64,000 nt of DNA from Planctomycetota bacterium (GCA_038227875.1 JBBRPR010000006.1:96001-160000), one strand, 5' to 3'; shown: positions 9,201 through 18,038, numbered from the stretch's first letter. A program made the numbers and translations. The notes: a model not told the origin generated them from the sequence alone.

Positions 9201-11187
9201 TCGACGCGCCTTCCGTGCACATCACCACGTTGTTGCCGCTCAGCACGGAATCCTTGAGCGTGAACAGGTACTGCTTCGCGTTGATTGTCGCGCTGTTGCG
9301 CAATCCGAATTCTGGATCGCTGGCCAGCACGCGCAGCAGCGCCGCACCTTCACCGGCTTGCGCGCGCAGCACATCGATTTTCAAATTCGCGATCGTGTCG
9401 CTGGGGAGGCCTTCACGGCTGTAACCGTCGCCCATCGTCATCAGCGTGAAGCCAAAGTAGCCGTAGGCTTCCGCCACTTCACCGGCGTGCGTGAACGTCG
9501 TCGGCACCCAGAGGCGCGTGCTGTACAAACCGGAAACCGTGTGATCGAAGAACGTGTCGTGGGGCCAATCCGCGTTGGCGCGCAGTTTGGAAATGGCGTT
9601 GCGGATCGCGCCGAAGGCTTTGGCGTACGTGCCCGACGTCGATCCGTAATTGGCGGTGTCCAACGGGCAGTCACCGCCGACAATCAAACCCCAGTACGGC
9701 ATCGCGTCGCTGAAATCGAAGTTGAAATGCGCGACGATGCGCACGTACACCGGATCGGTCTTTCCCGGCACGGGCGGCTTCACCAGCAGATTGCCGAGCG
9801 CAATGTACTCGTCGTTGCGCGTTTCCTGCAGATCCAGCTCCGCGCGGCGGCGCGCCAGGCGTTCTTCCGTCAGCTGCCGCGTGGCCTTGTATGCGGTCAT
9901 GTCTTCGGCCGCCACGATCCGGGATTTCAGCGCGTAGCGAAGTTTATTCCAGGCGGACTTCTCATTGCGAAATTTATCCACACGCTCGGAGAGCGCCTTG
10001 AAAGGCTTGTTCTCCAGCTGATTCTTGGCGATCAATTTATTGAGCCGCCCCGTGGGTTCCACCAGGCGATCGGCCTGCCAGCTGGCGGTCAGATCCAACT
10101 CCCGGATCGCAGCGTCGTTCATGAACGCCAGCGGAAACGTCGCGGCATCGGCGGGCGGTTCCTGCCGGATCATGCCGAGCTTTTCGTCGAGCAGCGTTTT
10201 CTCGTCGGCGTACATCTTGCGACGTACAGTTTGAAGCGGCGCATCGTTGGCGCTTTCAATTCGCACCTTTTGAATCGCATAGTAGAGCCAGCGCGATCCG
10301 AGATGGTACTGACATTCGTCATCCAGAAATGCAAACAAGACCGTGCGCGTGGGTTTGGCGGCCTTAAAGATCCGCGCCGTTTCCAGCAGCGCCGCGCAGT
10401 TGGCCGCCGCGCGTGCTCCCTGGGCCAGCGCCGCCACGCTGCCGAGCGTGTCGAAATGGCAGGACAACACCAGCGCCTCTTCTTCCGCGCCGGCCGGCGT
10501 GGAGCCCGGAAGAACGGCGATCACGTTTGCCCCTTCGCCTTTCGTCCAGCGCGCCGACGACAGGATGGTGGCGCTCACGGTTCCGCGCGTCAGCAGTCCG
10601 GCCTTTTGCGCCACCTCGCGGCGTATAAAAAAGCGCGGCAGATCGGCGGTGATGTTCACCTGCTTGTCGCAGGCTTCCATGGCGAACGTGTGTTCGTCTT
10701 CAACATAAACCACGGCCGCCGCGCCCAGCGCGAACGCCTGCGAACCGCCCTCCAGCTGCGAGAAGTCGAGCAGCACGATCGCGCCGCGCGGATCCACGCC
10801 ATCGAATTCCGTCGCCGTGCCCGAGCCCGCGTAGATCACTTTTCCCGTCAGTCCAGCCGCGCTGGTGACCGCAGGCTGGAGCAGATTGGGATGCATCGGA
10901 AACAATTCGTAGTCAGCGCCGCCAACGGACAGCTTGCACTCCACCGATTCGCACTGCGGCACCGTGAAGTGCTGCAACTGGACGTCGTAACCCATCGACT
11001 TCAGTTCGTTCTGAATGTACTCGCGTGCCGCCGCGCCTTCCGTCGTGCCCGAAAGACGGTGTAGCGCCTTGCAGAGCGCCGCGACGTGGCGCTCGAAGCG
11101 TTCCTTGTCGAACACCTCGTCCTGCCCGGCAAACGCCAGTGCGGACGCGAACAGTGCGGTAAGCAGAACTGCACGGCGCAGCATCAT
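6238..11187 (-). CDS. Large fusion: signal peptide + PA domain + M28-like domain + MacB/FtsX permease
   Basis: ATG 11187 overlaps upstream stop (ATGA); PA-like GKVIYAGSG..RGAIVLL..GAAAVVY; M28-like NVIAVLPG..LSCHFD; MRRRPLRTTLT TM; FtsX motif VEREKEIFTFSALG..YPAIKASR. Confidence 0.85.
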   Translation of the reverse strand: MMLRRAVLLTALFASALAFAGQDEVFDKERFERHVAALCKALHRLSGTTEGAAAREYIQNELKSMGYDVQLQHFTVPQCESVECKLSVGGADYELFPMHPNLLQPAVTSAAGLTGKVIYAGSGTATEFDGVDPRGAIVLLDFSQLEGGSQAFALGAAAVVYVEDEHTFAMEACDKQVNITADLPRFFIRREVAQKAGLLTRGTVSATILSSARWTKGEGANVIAVLPGSTPAGAEEEALVLSCHFDTLGSVAALAQGARAAANCAALLETARIFKAAKPTRTVLFAFLDDECQYHLGSRWLYYAIQKVRIESANDAPLQTVRRKMYADEKTLLDEKLGMIRQEPPADAATFPLAFMNDAAIRELDLTASWQADRLVEPTGRLNKLIAKNQLENKPFKALSERVDKFRNEKSAWNKLRYALKSRIVAAEDMTAYKATRQLTEERLARRRAELDLQETRNDEYIALGNLLVKPPVPGKTDPVYVRIVAHFNFDFSDAMPYWGLIVGGDCPLDTANYGSTSGTYAKAFGAIRNAISKLRANADWPHDTFFDHTVSGLYSTRLWVPTTFTHAGEVAEAYGYFGFTLMTMGDGYSREGLPSDTIANLKIDVLRAQAGEGAALLRVLASDPEFGLRNSATINAKQYLFTLKDSVLSGNNVVMCTEGASITDEPAAGVIVAALPARKSAMNFSEYNYIPGFDRTLYMFTDSLGFFDMPSVVPNEWAFDAAKFDARGRVTYIVNHNEGGNRVCFANFANAPVKLKLFHAQGAALTLCRDTLTGNVIKESDWKLLNAETDADFPHYYIRAVDTTMAFYVPFGKSVKLFGKTLLPLIKGSPDNPMGTGVSWTPEDPDADPAYGSLVRPLLLSTALTASGDLWNLNESRLKRLRRAGLYDNSIERMHGFGEDQLAESKDAAAAGKWGSAYAHAEASAIAGNRIYNPIIATMDDVIHAVIFLLILTIPFAFSLERLLIGSPNIYRQIAGFAGFFLITFLALYAVHPAFQLAATPMIIFLAFTIIVMSGFVIMIVMQKFQSEIRTMQGLAGSVHTSEVSRMSTMLAAVQMGISTMRRRPLRTTLTAVTVVLLTFTILCFASFSSTSDVIHSYLGQQNNKNYMLIHNVTWSPIDRDQVSALKSLLSEEADVYARVSMSGGPFQPMQAPVMTRTSRSPMMLNGVMAVSEFDHRVTPEIFDALEGDTKKMLEGDGIFLSEDMLEKLKLKRGDSVTLWGYPYTVAGTFDNLKVEKIRQLDGSPYLPLDFQAAMEMSQSNDQNMSEDVLRAILQNIDPGSLTSISPAQVAFVSDKNMEKMKAWPRAIIVMPKKPEAAEAIARKVARLSDNYVYAGLPDGVHRFQFTDRVSFTGIGDLIVPLLLGGLIVFSTMLGSVVEREKEIFTFSALGLAPPHVATLFFAEVFIYAVLGGLGGYLLGQSLVTVLTFLSTHYGIVRVPNVNYSSSTAIITILIVMATVLLSTIYPAIKASRSANPGVNRSWKLPKPQGDIHSIVFPFTVSSYDMKGIVSFLKEHLDSHNDISLGHFSAQDAEILKIGDSRTLGLHAKVWLAPFDLGVSQTFKLSTVPSSIPGIQEVNIEFHRLSGRPANWERFNRIFINDLRKQFLIWRALNHDAMENYRAKTDEAIKSQISTRKAPVTAGDAQRV

Positions 11188-11999
11188 CCCCCCACCCCGC
11201 TCAGGTCGCCCAGTTCGCTCAGGCCGCCGACTTCCGCTTCGTGAATTTCGATCTCCGAACGCATCGCCGAGCGTTCGATCTTGCCGTCGCGGATCCAGAC
11301 CATGCGGTCGCACGCGGAGAGAAACTTGTGGTCGTGCGTGACGCAGATCACGCTCACGCGCTGTTCGTCGCGCAGCTTGCGCAGGATGCCCAGGATTTCC
11401 TTGCCCGTTTTCAGGTCGAGATTCGCTGTGGGCTCGTCGCACAGCAGCAGCGACGGCTGGTTGGCCATCGAGCGCGCGATTGCCACGCGCTGCTGCTGGC
11501 CGCCCGACATTTCCAGCGGCCGATGCGCCCAGCGCTCTTTCAAGCCGACCAGGTCGAGCAGCTTCATCCCGCGTTCGCGCCGCGCATCGGCGTCCAGTCC
11601 GGCGAAGGCCATCGGCGTGGTCACGTTTTCCAGCGCCGTCATCTGGCCGATCAGGTTGTACGTCTGAAAGATGTAGCCGATTTTGCGGCAGCGCAGGTAC
11701 GCCAGTTCGTGCGCGTCCAGCTGCGCCACGTCGACTTCGTCGATGAACACACGCCCGGACGTCGGCGAATCCAACCCGCCGATGATGTTAAAGAACGTCG
11801 ACTTTCCGGAGCCCGAGGGCCCCATGATGCAAATGAAGTCGCCACGGTGAATCACATAGTCAATACCCTGCAGCGCGTGCGTTTCGGTGTTGCCACGATA
11901 ATAGGTCTTGCGCAATTCGACCGTGCGCACGATCACCGGACGCTCGTTGGGATCGTCTTCGAGCTCCGCGTCTGCAGTTGTCGTCACGGCTGGATTCAT
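11184..11999 (-). CDS. Second LolD/MacB-type ABC ATP-binding protein
   Basis: [38 protein letters not shown]. Confidence 0.95.
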   Translation of the reverse strand: MNPAVTTTADAELEDDPNERPVIVRTVELRKTYYRGNTETHALQGIDYVIHRGDFICIMGPSGSGKSTFFNIIGGLDSPTSGRVFIDEVDVAQLDAHELAYLRCRKIGYIFQTYNLIGQMTALENVTTPMAFAGLDADARRERGMKLLDLVGLKERWAHRPLEMSGGQQQRVAIARSMANQPSLLLCDEPTANLDLKTGKEILGILRKLRDEQRVSVICVTHDHKFLSACDRMVWIRDGKIERSAMRSEIEIHEAEVGGLSELGDLSGVGG

Positions 12000-12026
12000 C
12001 GCACTCGTTTCCCGATTACCACTTCG

Positions 12027-14150
12027 CTACTCGACCCGCATCGCTTCCATCGGCGCCATGCGCGAGGCCACCCACGCCGGATACACGGCCGCGAGCATCG
12101 CCAGCAGCATTCCCGCCGCCGTCGACACGCCTGAATTCTTCAACACATCCACAAACGGAAAGTAACTCGAGGTATAAAACCCGTATGCCGCGCCGCAGCG
12201 CATCACGGCCAGGATCAATCCCAGGATCACGCCGAAGACCGCGCCGATCAGCCCCTGCAATCCCGATTCGATCAGGAAGATGGTCATGATGAACTCGTCG
12301 AGCGCGCCCAGGCACTTCATCGTCGCGATTTCGCGGAACCGTTCCGTTACGGCCATCAGCATCGCATTGGCGATACCCACGACGCAGACCAGAAACGAAA
12401 CGGCGATCAGCCAGAATGTTCGTTCACTGATGCCTTCCGTCTTTGTGCCGCGCGATTCCAACTGCGCTTGCATTTCGCGCACGCTCGTGCGCGCCTCTTC
12501 CATTTTTCCGACTTCCATGATCTCGTCTTCGGTCACCGGCAGCGGCGCCTTCACGCGGCTGGCGATGTGGCGCGCGTTGCTCTCGACGTAGCCGATCACC
12601 TGCGGGCTCTTCTCATCGGCGCTGCAGTAGAGCATGATCGCCGCCGGACTGTAGTCGGTGCTGATCCCCAGTTCGTCCCAGTGGGCCTTGTACTCTGGAT
12701 CTTTCAAGTAGGCGGCCAGTGCTTCGAATTTCGGATTGCCGGCGGCCGCCGGTTCCAGTGGGACTTTCTGCAGGCCGCGCTTCTGCACCCAGCGCAGATA
12801 ACTTTCCGCCAGCGATTTCACATCGTCTTCACTGCACGGCAGCGGGTTGGGAAGCGAAGCGGCCGTATCCAGCAGCCAGCGCCGCACCGCGCGGTTGTCG
12901 TTGAAGTACCAGAGCAGATTTTCGTTGCTGAACTCCTCGGGCAGGCCCAGCGTCTTCCATTTCTCCGTGAACACGGGATTGTCGATGTAGTTGATGAACT
13001 TTTTCTGTCGTTCCGATTTGTAAACTTCGCCGTCGGAAAGATGCGCGATCGAGCGCCCCGCATTCTGCACCAGCACGCGGTACGCGTTGGAAAAGGTCAG
13101 CAGTTCGTCGCGCGTCACGGGCAGCGGCGTGGTCGTGCGGGTCGCAACGACCTCCGCGTGGTCACGCACCCACTTCCGCACTTTTTCTTCCGTGATGTAG
13201 TGCTTGAGCAGTTCTTCGGGTTTGTAATCGCCGGGAATTTTCAGATCCGACCAATGGCTGCGAAATTCCGCGTCCGGCACGTAATCGCGGAACAACCGCA
13301 ACGCCGCGAGCTTGTGGCGGTCGGCGCAGACAGCCGTCAGTTCATCGGCCGTCACTTCAAATCCCGCCGACGTCAGCGCCGTCAGCAACTCCGCGCGCCT
13401 GGCCTGCGCGGCGGCCGGATCCTTCAGATTCGCCGCGGCATCCAAAGCCTTTTCCACGGGCATTCCGAGCCTGGCATCCACGGTATCCAGCGCCGCGATA
13501 ATGCTTTTTTCCAGCGCGGCCAACTGCGCGCGGTAGGCCGGCCAGTCGTTCTCAAATTTCCAGAGCGCCGGCAGTTCATGAGGAATGGTAACCGCCGCCA
13601 TTTCCGGCGATTTCAAATCCTGCGCAAACTCCCGCTGCGGAGTGGGATCGACGAGGTACTCGAAAATCGCGTCGCCATCGTTGCGCTTCACCAGCCGCCG
13701 CTTGCGCCCGAAGTCCAGCGCATCGAAAAATGCCGTGAATTCAATCTCGAGTTTCGCCGACTGGATCAGCTGCTCGAATTCCGCGGCGGAACCCGACCAG
13801 CGCGACAGTTCCTTCCAGCGCGGCTGCTCCGGCTTGAGCTTCGCCAATTCCTTGACCAGCGTCGAGCGCGGCGTGTTCCGCGCCAGGCGCTGCGCGAAAA
13901 TGTCCGCGACATAGAGGCGTTCGAATTCGCGCTGCACACCGCGCGCCACGGAATTCGAGATGATAGTCTCGGTCAGGATGTTCATCAAGAACGCCACGGC
14001 CAGCACGATCACCGAGAGCGTCACCGCCGAACGGAAGAAGCGGTGGCGGATGCTGCTGACGCAGAATTCGAAGCTGCGCCGAAACGACAGCTTCTCCTGG
14101 TCGCGCACGGCCTTCTTCACCGCGATTCCTTTTTCGGCCACCTGTTCCAC
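12027..14150 (-). CDS. FtsX/MacB-like permease with large helical extracytoplasmic domain
   Basis: N-terminal RHRFFRSAVT+TM; C-terminal GIANAMLMAVTERFREIATMKCLGA...YPAWVASRMAPMEAMR; start uncertain (GTG 14150/14141/14120). Confidence 0.88.
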   Translation of the reverse strand: MEQVAEKGIAVKKAVRDQEKLSFRRSFEFCVSSIRHRFFRSAVTLSVIVLAVAFLMNILTETIISNSVARGVQREFERLYVADIFAQRLARNTPRSTLVKELAKLKPEQPRWKELSRWSGSAAEFEQLIQSAKLEIEFTAFFDALDFGRKRRLVKRNDGDAIFEYLVDPTPQREFAQDLKSPEMAAVTIPHELPALWKFENDWPAYRAQLAALEKSIIAALDTVDARLGMPVEKALDAAANLKDPAAAQARRAELLTALTSAGFEVTADELTAVCADRHKLAALRLFRDYVPDAEFRSHWSDLKIPGDYKPEELLKHYITEEKVRKWVRDHAEVVATRTTTPLPVTRDELLTFSNAYRVLVQNAGRSIAHLSDGEVYKSERQKKFINYIDNPVFTEKWKTLGLPEEFSNENLLWYFNDNRAVRRWLLDTAASLPNPLPCSEDDVKSLAESYLRWVQKRGLQKVPLEPAAAGNPKFEALAAYLKDPEYKAHWDELGISTDYSPAAIMLYCSADEKSPQVIGYVESNARHIASRVKAPLPVTEDEIMEVGKMEEARTSVREMQAQLESRGTKTEGISERTFWLIAVSFLVCVVGIANAMLMAVTERFREIATMKCLGALDEFIMTIFLIESGLQGLIGAVFGVILGLILAVMRCGAAYGFYTSSYFPFVDVLKNSGVSTAAGMLLAMLAAVYPAWVASRMAPMEAMRVE

Positions 14151-14500
14151 TATTTCTTCCCCGGCAACACGGCGATGATTCCACGTTCGCTCAGCATCCG
14201 CATGAATTGCAACACCGCCGCACGCGATTCTTGAAAGCTGAGCTTGTGCTTTTCCATCATCTGCCGCACCACGTCTTCGACGCGGTGCCGCCCGTCGCAT
14301 TGCGACAACACCCACGCGCCCATTGCATCCAACTGCACGCGCCGCGCGCTGGAAAGCGGAAATACCCACGTCAGCGGCGCGCGCGCCCACCAGCGCTTCT
14401 TCATGGGAATCGTCACCAGCACGCCGCGCGAATTCTCTTCCAGCATCGCGGCGCGATTCTGGTGCGGAATCGCCTTCAGCATCTCGTCTTTGGCGCTCAT
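14150..14500 (-). CDS. PqqD-family protein (RiPP recognition element fold)
   Basis: 116 aa; VQLDAMGAWVLSQCDGRHRVEDVVRQM..HKL...VLQFMRMLSERGII fits the PqqD L-D/N-x-x-G..DG..V..F...L...G pattern; ATGA overlap with upstream gene. Confidence 0.85.
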   Translation of the reverse strand: MSAKDEMLKAIPHQNRAAMLEENSRGVLVTIPMKKRWWARAPLTWVFPLSSARRVQLDAMGAWVLSQCDGRHRVEDVVRQMMEKHKLSFQESRAAVLQFMRMLSERGIIAVLPGKK

Positions 14501-15381
14501 CGCGAATCCTTCCCGCAACACGAGACCACGTCTTCCAGTTGCGGCGCGCCGTCCACTGCGCCTTCCCACTCCGCCGCGTACAACCGCTCTTCGCTGTCGC
14601 AAACCCACACCGCCGCGCGGCTGGATCGCTTCACCCGTGTGAGCAACTGCAGCGGCGTCGGCCGCCCGGGCTTCAACCGCACGCTGACGCCCGTATGCCG
14701 GCCGATCTTCGTGCCGTCGCTGCCGAGCACCCGTTTGGGTTCATCCAGCGTGCTGGCAAACCAGTCTTTCAAACTCCGCCCCTTTAATTGCGCCTCCGGC
14801 AGTGCGAAGCGTTCGATGCGCACGCGCTGCTGCTTGCGCCCGCGCGTCGCGAACGACAGTGCCGCGCGGCCGGGAAACACATCGCACGATTGTACGTCGT
14901 ATTCACTGGGCAGCCGCACCGCGCAGCCAAACGCCCGCCAGCGCCACGCCGTGCCGGGTTTCTGGCAGTGGAAGCTTTCCAGGATTCGCCGCTGCAGCGC
15001 CAGGTCGCACTTCCGGTCGGTGGTGAACTGCGCCTGCAAAAGGTGGCCGGAGTCCGCAAAATAACCCACTGCGACAGTCAGGTCCTCTTCCGCGCCGCGC
15101 CATTCAATGCCCGACCAGCCCGCCGCACTTTTCAGCGTCTGCCATTTGCGCTGAAGCAGCGCGCCTTTCGGATCGCTCTTGCCCAGCTGCGCCGCGGCTT
15201 CCTCAAGAATCATCGTCGCGTTCACCGTCTTCGCCTCGACCCTGCCCCACAGCAGGCTCAAACGCCGCCCGCGCGGATCGGCCAGCGCGCATTCGCCGCG
15301 CTGGCGCTTCTTGCTGAAGCGCACGCACTCCCAGTCGTCGGGATGCTCAAACTGTATTCCCTGCCAGGCAAACGTCTGCAT
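14497..15381 (-). CDS. Hypothetical soluble protein, possibly two PsbP/DcrB-like repeats
   Basis: FAWQGIQFEHPDDWE and WRAFGCAVRLPSEYD; translationally coupled within operon. Confidence 0.7.
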   Translation of the reverse strand: MQTFAWQGIQFEHPDDWECVRFSKKRQRGECALADPRGRRLSLLWGRVEAKTVNATMILEEAAAQLGKSDPKGALLQRKWQTLKSAAGWSGIEWRGAEEDLTVAVGYFADSGHLLQAQFTTDRKCDLALQRRILESFHCQKPGTAWRWRAFGCAVRLPSEYDVQSCDVFPGRAALSFATRGRKQQRVRIERFALPEAQLKGRSLKDWFASTLDEPKRVLGSDGTKIGRHTGVSVRLKPGRPTPLQLLTRVKRSSRAAVWVCDSEERLYAAEWEGAVDGAPQLEDVVSCCGKDSR

Positions 15382-15394
15382 CGTGGACGAGCCT

Positions 15395-17695
15395 CTAGAA
15401 GGGGAAAATGCCATAGTAGCGGGGCTCCTGCCCCGTCCAGAAATACCACATCGGTCCGACCGCGATCCAGAACATCCCGCCGCACAAATCGCCGATGATC
15501 AGCCCGATGAACAGCGGCTTGAGATTCTGATACGTCCGCCCGCCCCCGATCCTCACCACCAGCATCTTGATCAGCCAGCCGAGCATGAATGACCAGAGAA
15601 AATTATTCGTCGCCCAGACGTTCCAGAACAAAAACGCGACCGGGTGCAGCGGCCACCACGTGTAGCGCAAGCGCAGCATCGACGTCAACGCCACCAGGCC
15701 AATGCCGATGATGAAGAATGTGACCAGGCTTGGGTTGGTGTCGCGCACGTCGCTCGACAATCGCCCCAGCCCCTCGACCGTCTTGGAGACCTCCAGATTT
15801 CCGGTGCGCTTGAGCTTCTGAATTTCACGCGAGACGTCTGACGCAAAACTCGTCGGCACCCAGCGGCCCATGTGCCCGTCGTTGGCCGCGCCGCGGCTGT
15901 AAATCACCCACAGCATCGCAATCCCCGCCACGAACAGCGCCGGCACCAGCATCGTCATCATCGCGCGGCTCAGCGGCGCGGGCGCCACCTGGTTACGCCC
16001 TCCCAGGCGCAGGCAGTTGATCACGTACGGCGCAAGGCACTCGCGATTGTCCTGCATCGTCGCCACGGTCACCAATTGCAGCAGGTACAGGCTGGCCGGG
16101 CCAATCGCCGCCGGACCCAGCGCCGCGACGATCAGGGCGCGTGCGAAAAATGGCGTACCCATGAAGGGAATGCCCGTCTCCGCCGACGCGCGCGCCAGCA
16201 CCAGGAACATTACGCCGATAATGAAGACCATCGCCGTCGCCAGCAGCCAGTCCAGCCCGAGATTGATCAGGAGCAGGATGAACAGGATGGTCGCCGCGAT
16301 AAACCAGCGGCACGCCGCGACGGCTGTGTCGTTGGGATCGGCGTCCGAACGCCAGAAAAGCGCGCGCTTCAAAATTGCCAGATAATAGTAGCGCCCCGTG
16401 TAGCAGATCACCGCCGCCATCGCGACGTATGAACCGAAGAGCGTGAAGTTCAGCTCGTCGCCGTTGATCGGCCGGCCGAACTGGTACATCGTCGCCGTCA
16501 GCACCGCCAGCAGCGGCAGCGACATCCCCAGGCTGAACGAAATCTCTTCGGGGAGAAAATACGCGAAAGCCACGATCGTCAGGTAGACCACGCCCGCGTA
16601 CATCATGTACGTGTTGCCTGCGGCGTGGTGGAAGTACTGAAACTTGCTCCACCAGATCCCGCTCAAGTTCCAACTCATCGGAATCTTGATCATGCGTTCG
16701 TCGTACACATGCCAGCCGTTGATTAAATGCAACATCAGCGTGCAGCCGAATGCGATCCAGAAAAGCCGGTTGTAGAACACATCGCTGAACGTCCGGCCGC
16801 GCTCATTTTTCATCAGCGAGTACGCGAACTCGGCAATCGGATACGACAACTGCTCGTTCTCCGACCACTGCCGGTGAACAATGCGGCACATGCTGATGAT
16901 AAAGATCATCATCACGATCAGAATTGGAAACCAGACCTTGGCCGGTCCCAGCCACGCCCACAGCGGCAGATCGGCCAGATGGTTGAGCACTCCATGCACG
17001 CCCTGCTTGAGCCACTCGGCAAACGGCGTATCGCGCAGCGGCGGCAGATCCTTGCCCTTGGTGAGTCCTTGCGCGTAGCCGTCGTAAACGCGGCCGTCGT
17101 CGTCGCGTTTGGGAAAGACATTCGGATTGATTTCCGAGACGTAGCGGTCCGGCTCGGCTTTCTGCCAATCGGCGACCGCCTTGCCATAATGTTGGGGCAT
17201 CACCAGCATCTGCGGCAAGTTGCGCATCAACCCCGAGGTCGGCAGCGAACCGGCGACCAGCGTCATCGACAGAATCACGACCAGCTCGCCGCGCGTGAAC
17301 ACCCGCAGCGGATTGACGCGCAACAGCGCCGAACACGCCGCGACCAGCGCGCAGATGGGAATGAAAATTTTGAGCGGTAAGGCGCTCTGCACCAGCCACG
17401 AAAATCCGCTGACCAGCGCGAGCGACGCTACCATCACCACGGGAATGAACCCGCTGCGCTGCGCGAATTTGCTCAAGAGTGGATTCACCACGACGAGCAT
17501 CACAAAGAACGCCGTGTAGACCGTCAACGGCAGATGGTTGCCGACGAAGAGATTCTGCTTGATGCCGTAATCGTTGTAGTAGGAAAATCCCGCGATGAAC
17601 AACCCCGCGCCCAACCCCAGCAGCATCGACCGCAGGGTGAACGAACGCGTATCTTCAGGGGTCTTAGTGGGGGGACCTGCCAGCACTCGAAGCAC
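15395..17695 (-). CDS. Polytopic membrane protein, DUF6785/DUF6784-like
   Basis: 766 aa multi-TM; NHLP, RQWSENEQLSYPIA, ARASAETG, WWPLHPVAF, KPLFIGLIIGD; start uncertain. Confidence 0.7.
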   Translation of the reverse strand: MLRVLAGPPTKTPEDTRSFTLRSMLLGLGAGLFIAGFSYYNDYGIKQNLFVGNHLPLTVYTAFFVMLVVVNPLLSKFAQRSGFIPVVMVASLALVSGFSWLVQSALPLKIFIPICALVAACSALLRVNPLRVFTRGELVVILSMTLVAGSLPTSGLMRNLPQMLVMPQHYGKAVADWQKAEPDRYVSEINPNVFPKRDDDGRVYDGYAQGLTKGKDLPPLRDTPFAEWLKQGVHGVLNHLADLPLWAWLGPAKVWFPILIVMMIFIISMCRIVHRQWSENEQLSYPIAEFAYSLMKNERGRTFSDVFYNRLFWIAFGCTLMLHLINGWHVYDERMIKIPMSWNLSGIWWSKFQYFHHAAGNTYMMYAGVVYLTIVAFAYFLPEEISFSLGMSLPLLAVLTATMYQFGRPINGDELNFTLFGSYVAMAAVICYTGRYYYLAILKRALFWRSDADPNDTAVAACRWFIAATILFILLLINLGLDWLLATAMVFIIGVMFLVLARASAETGIPFMGTPFFARALIVAALGPAAIGPASLYLLQLVTVATMQDNRECLAPYVINCLRLGGRNQVAPAPLSRAMMTMLVPALFVAGIAMLWVIYSRGAANDGHMGRWVPTSFASDVSREIQKLKRTGNLEVSKTVEGLGRLSSDVRDTNPSLVTFFIIGIGLVALTSMLRLRYTWWPLHPVAFLFWNVWATNNFLWSFMLGWLIKMLVVRIGGGRTYQNLKPLFIGLIIGDLCGGMFWIAVGPMWYFWTGQEPRYYGIFPF

Positions 17696-18038
17696 CTGTT
17701 ATGCGGCTATTTGAAAACGGTTCGCCACCGCGGAGTGGAGACGCTCTCACGCCCACCGCGACCACACATCGTTCACTGAGCCCCGCGCTACACAAGATGG
17801 AGGAAATTTATCCCGCCATCTTACGTACTTAAGGCAGATGTACCTATGTCCGTTTGTCTCTTCCGGGCTCCTAGAACAGTAGTAGCGGCACGTGTATATA
17901 CAAGTCGAACCACGTGCAAGTTGGGAGATTCCTTTTTATTATCAGTTAATTCTCATTAGCGGAACAGCTGATTCATTGTCAATTCACTTCGCTACATCAC
18001 CGTGTAACGTTGTCGCTTTACATCATGATTTTCCCAAT

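Noticed and set aside
9358..11064. Long antisense ORFs (also 12468-14234, 21303-22781, 33055-34353, 61322-62743 and others)
   Set aside because: Shadow frames of well-supported opposite-strand genes in high-GC DNA; no motifs.
14150..14500. PQQ biosynthesis (pqqD proper)
   Set aside because: No pqqA/B/C/E or radical SAM gene nearby; the PQQ-like propeller at 35708 is a structural repeat family and not evidence for it.
17696..18038. Possible RiPP precursor peptide upstream of the PqqD operon
   Set aside because: No convincing short minus-strand ORF with RBS or leader/core character seen; looks like a promoter region.
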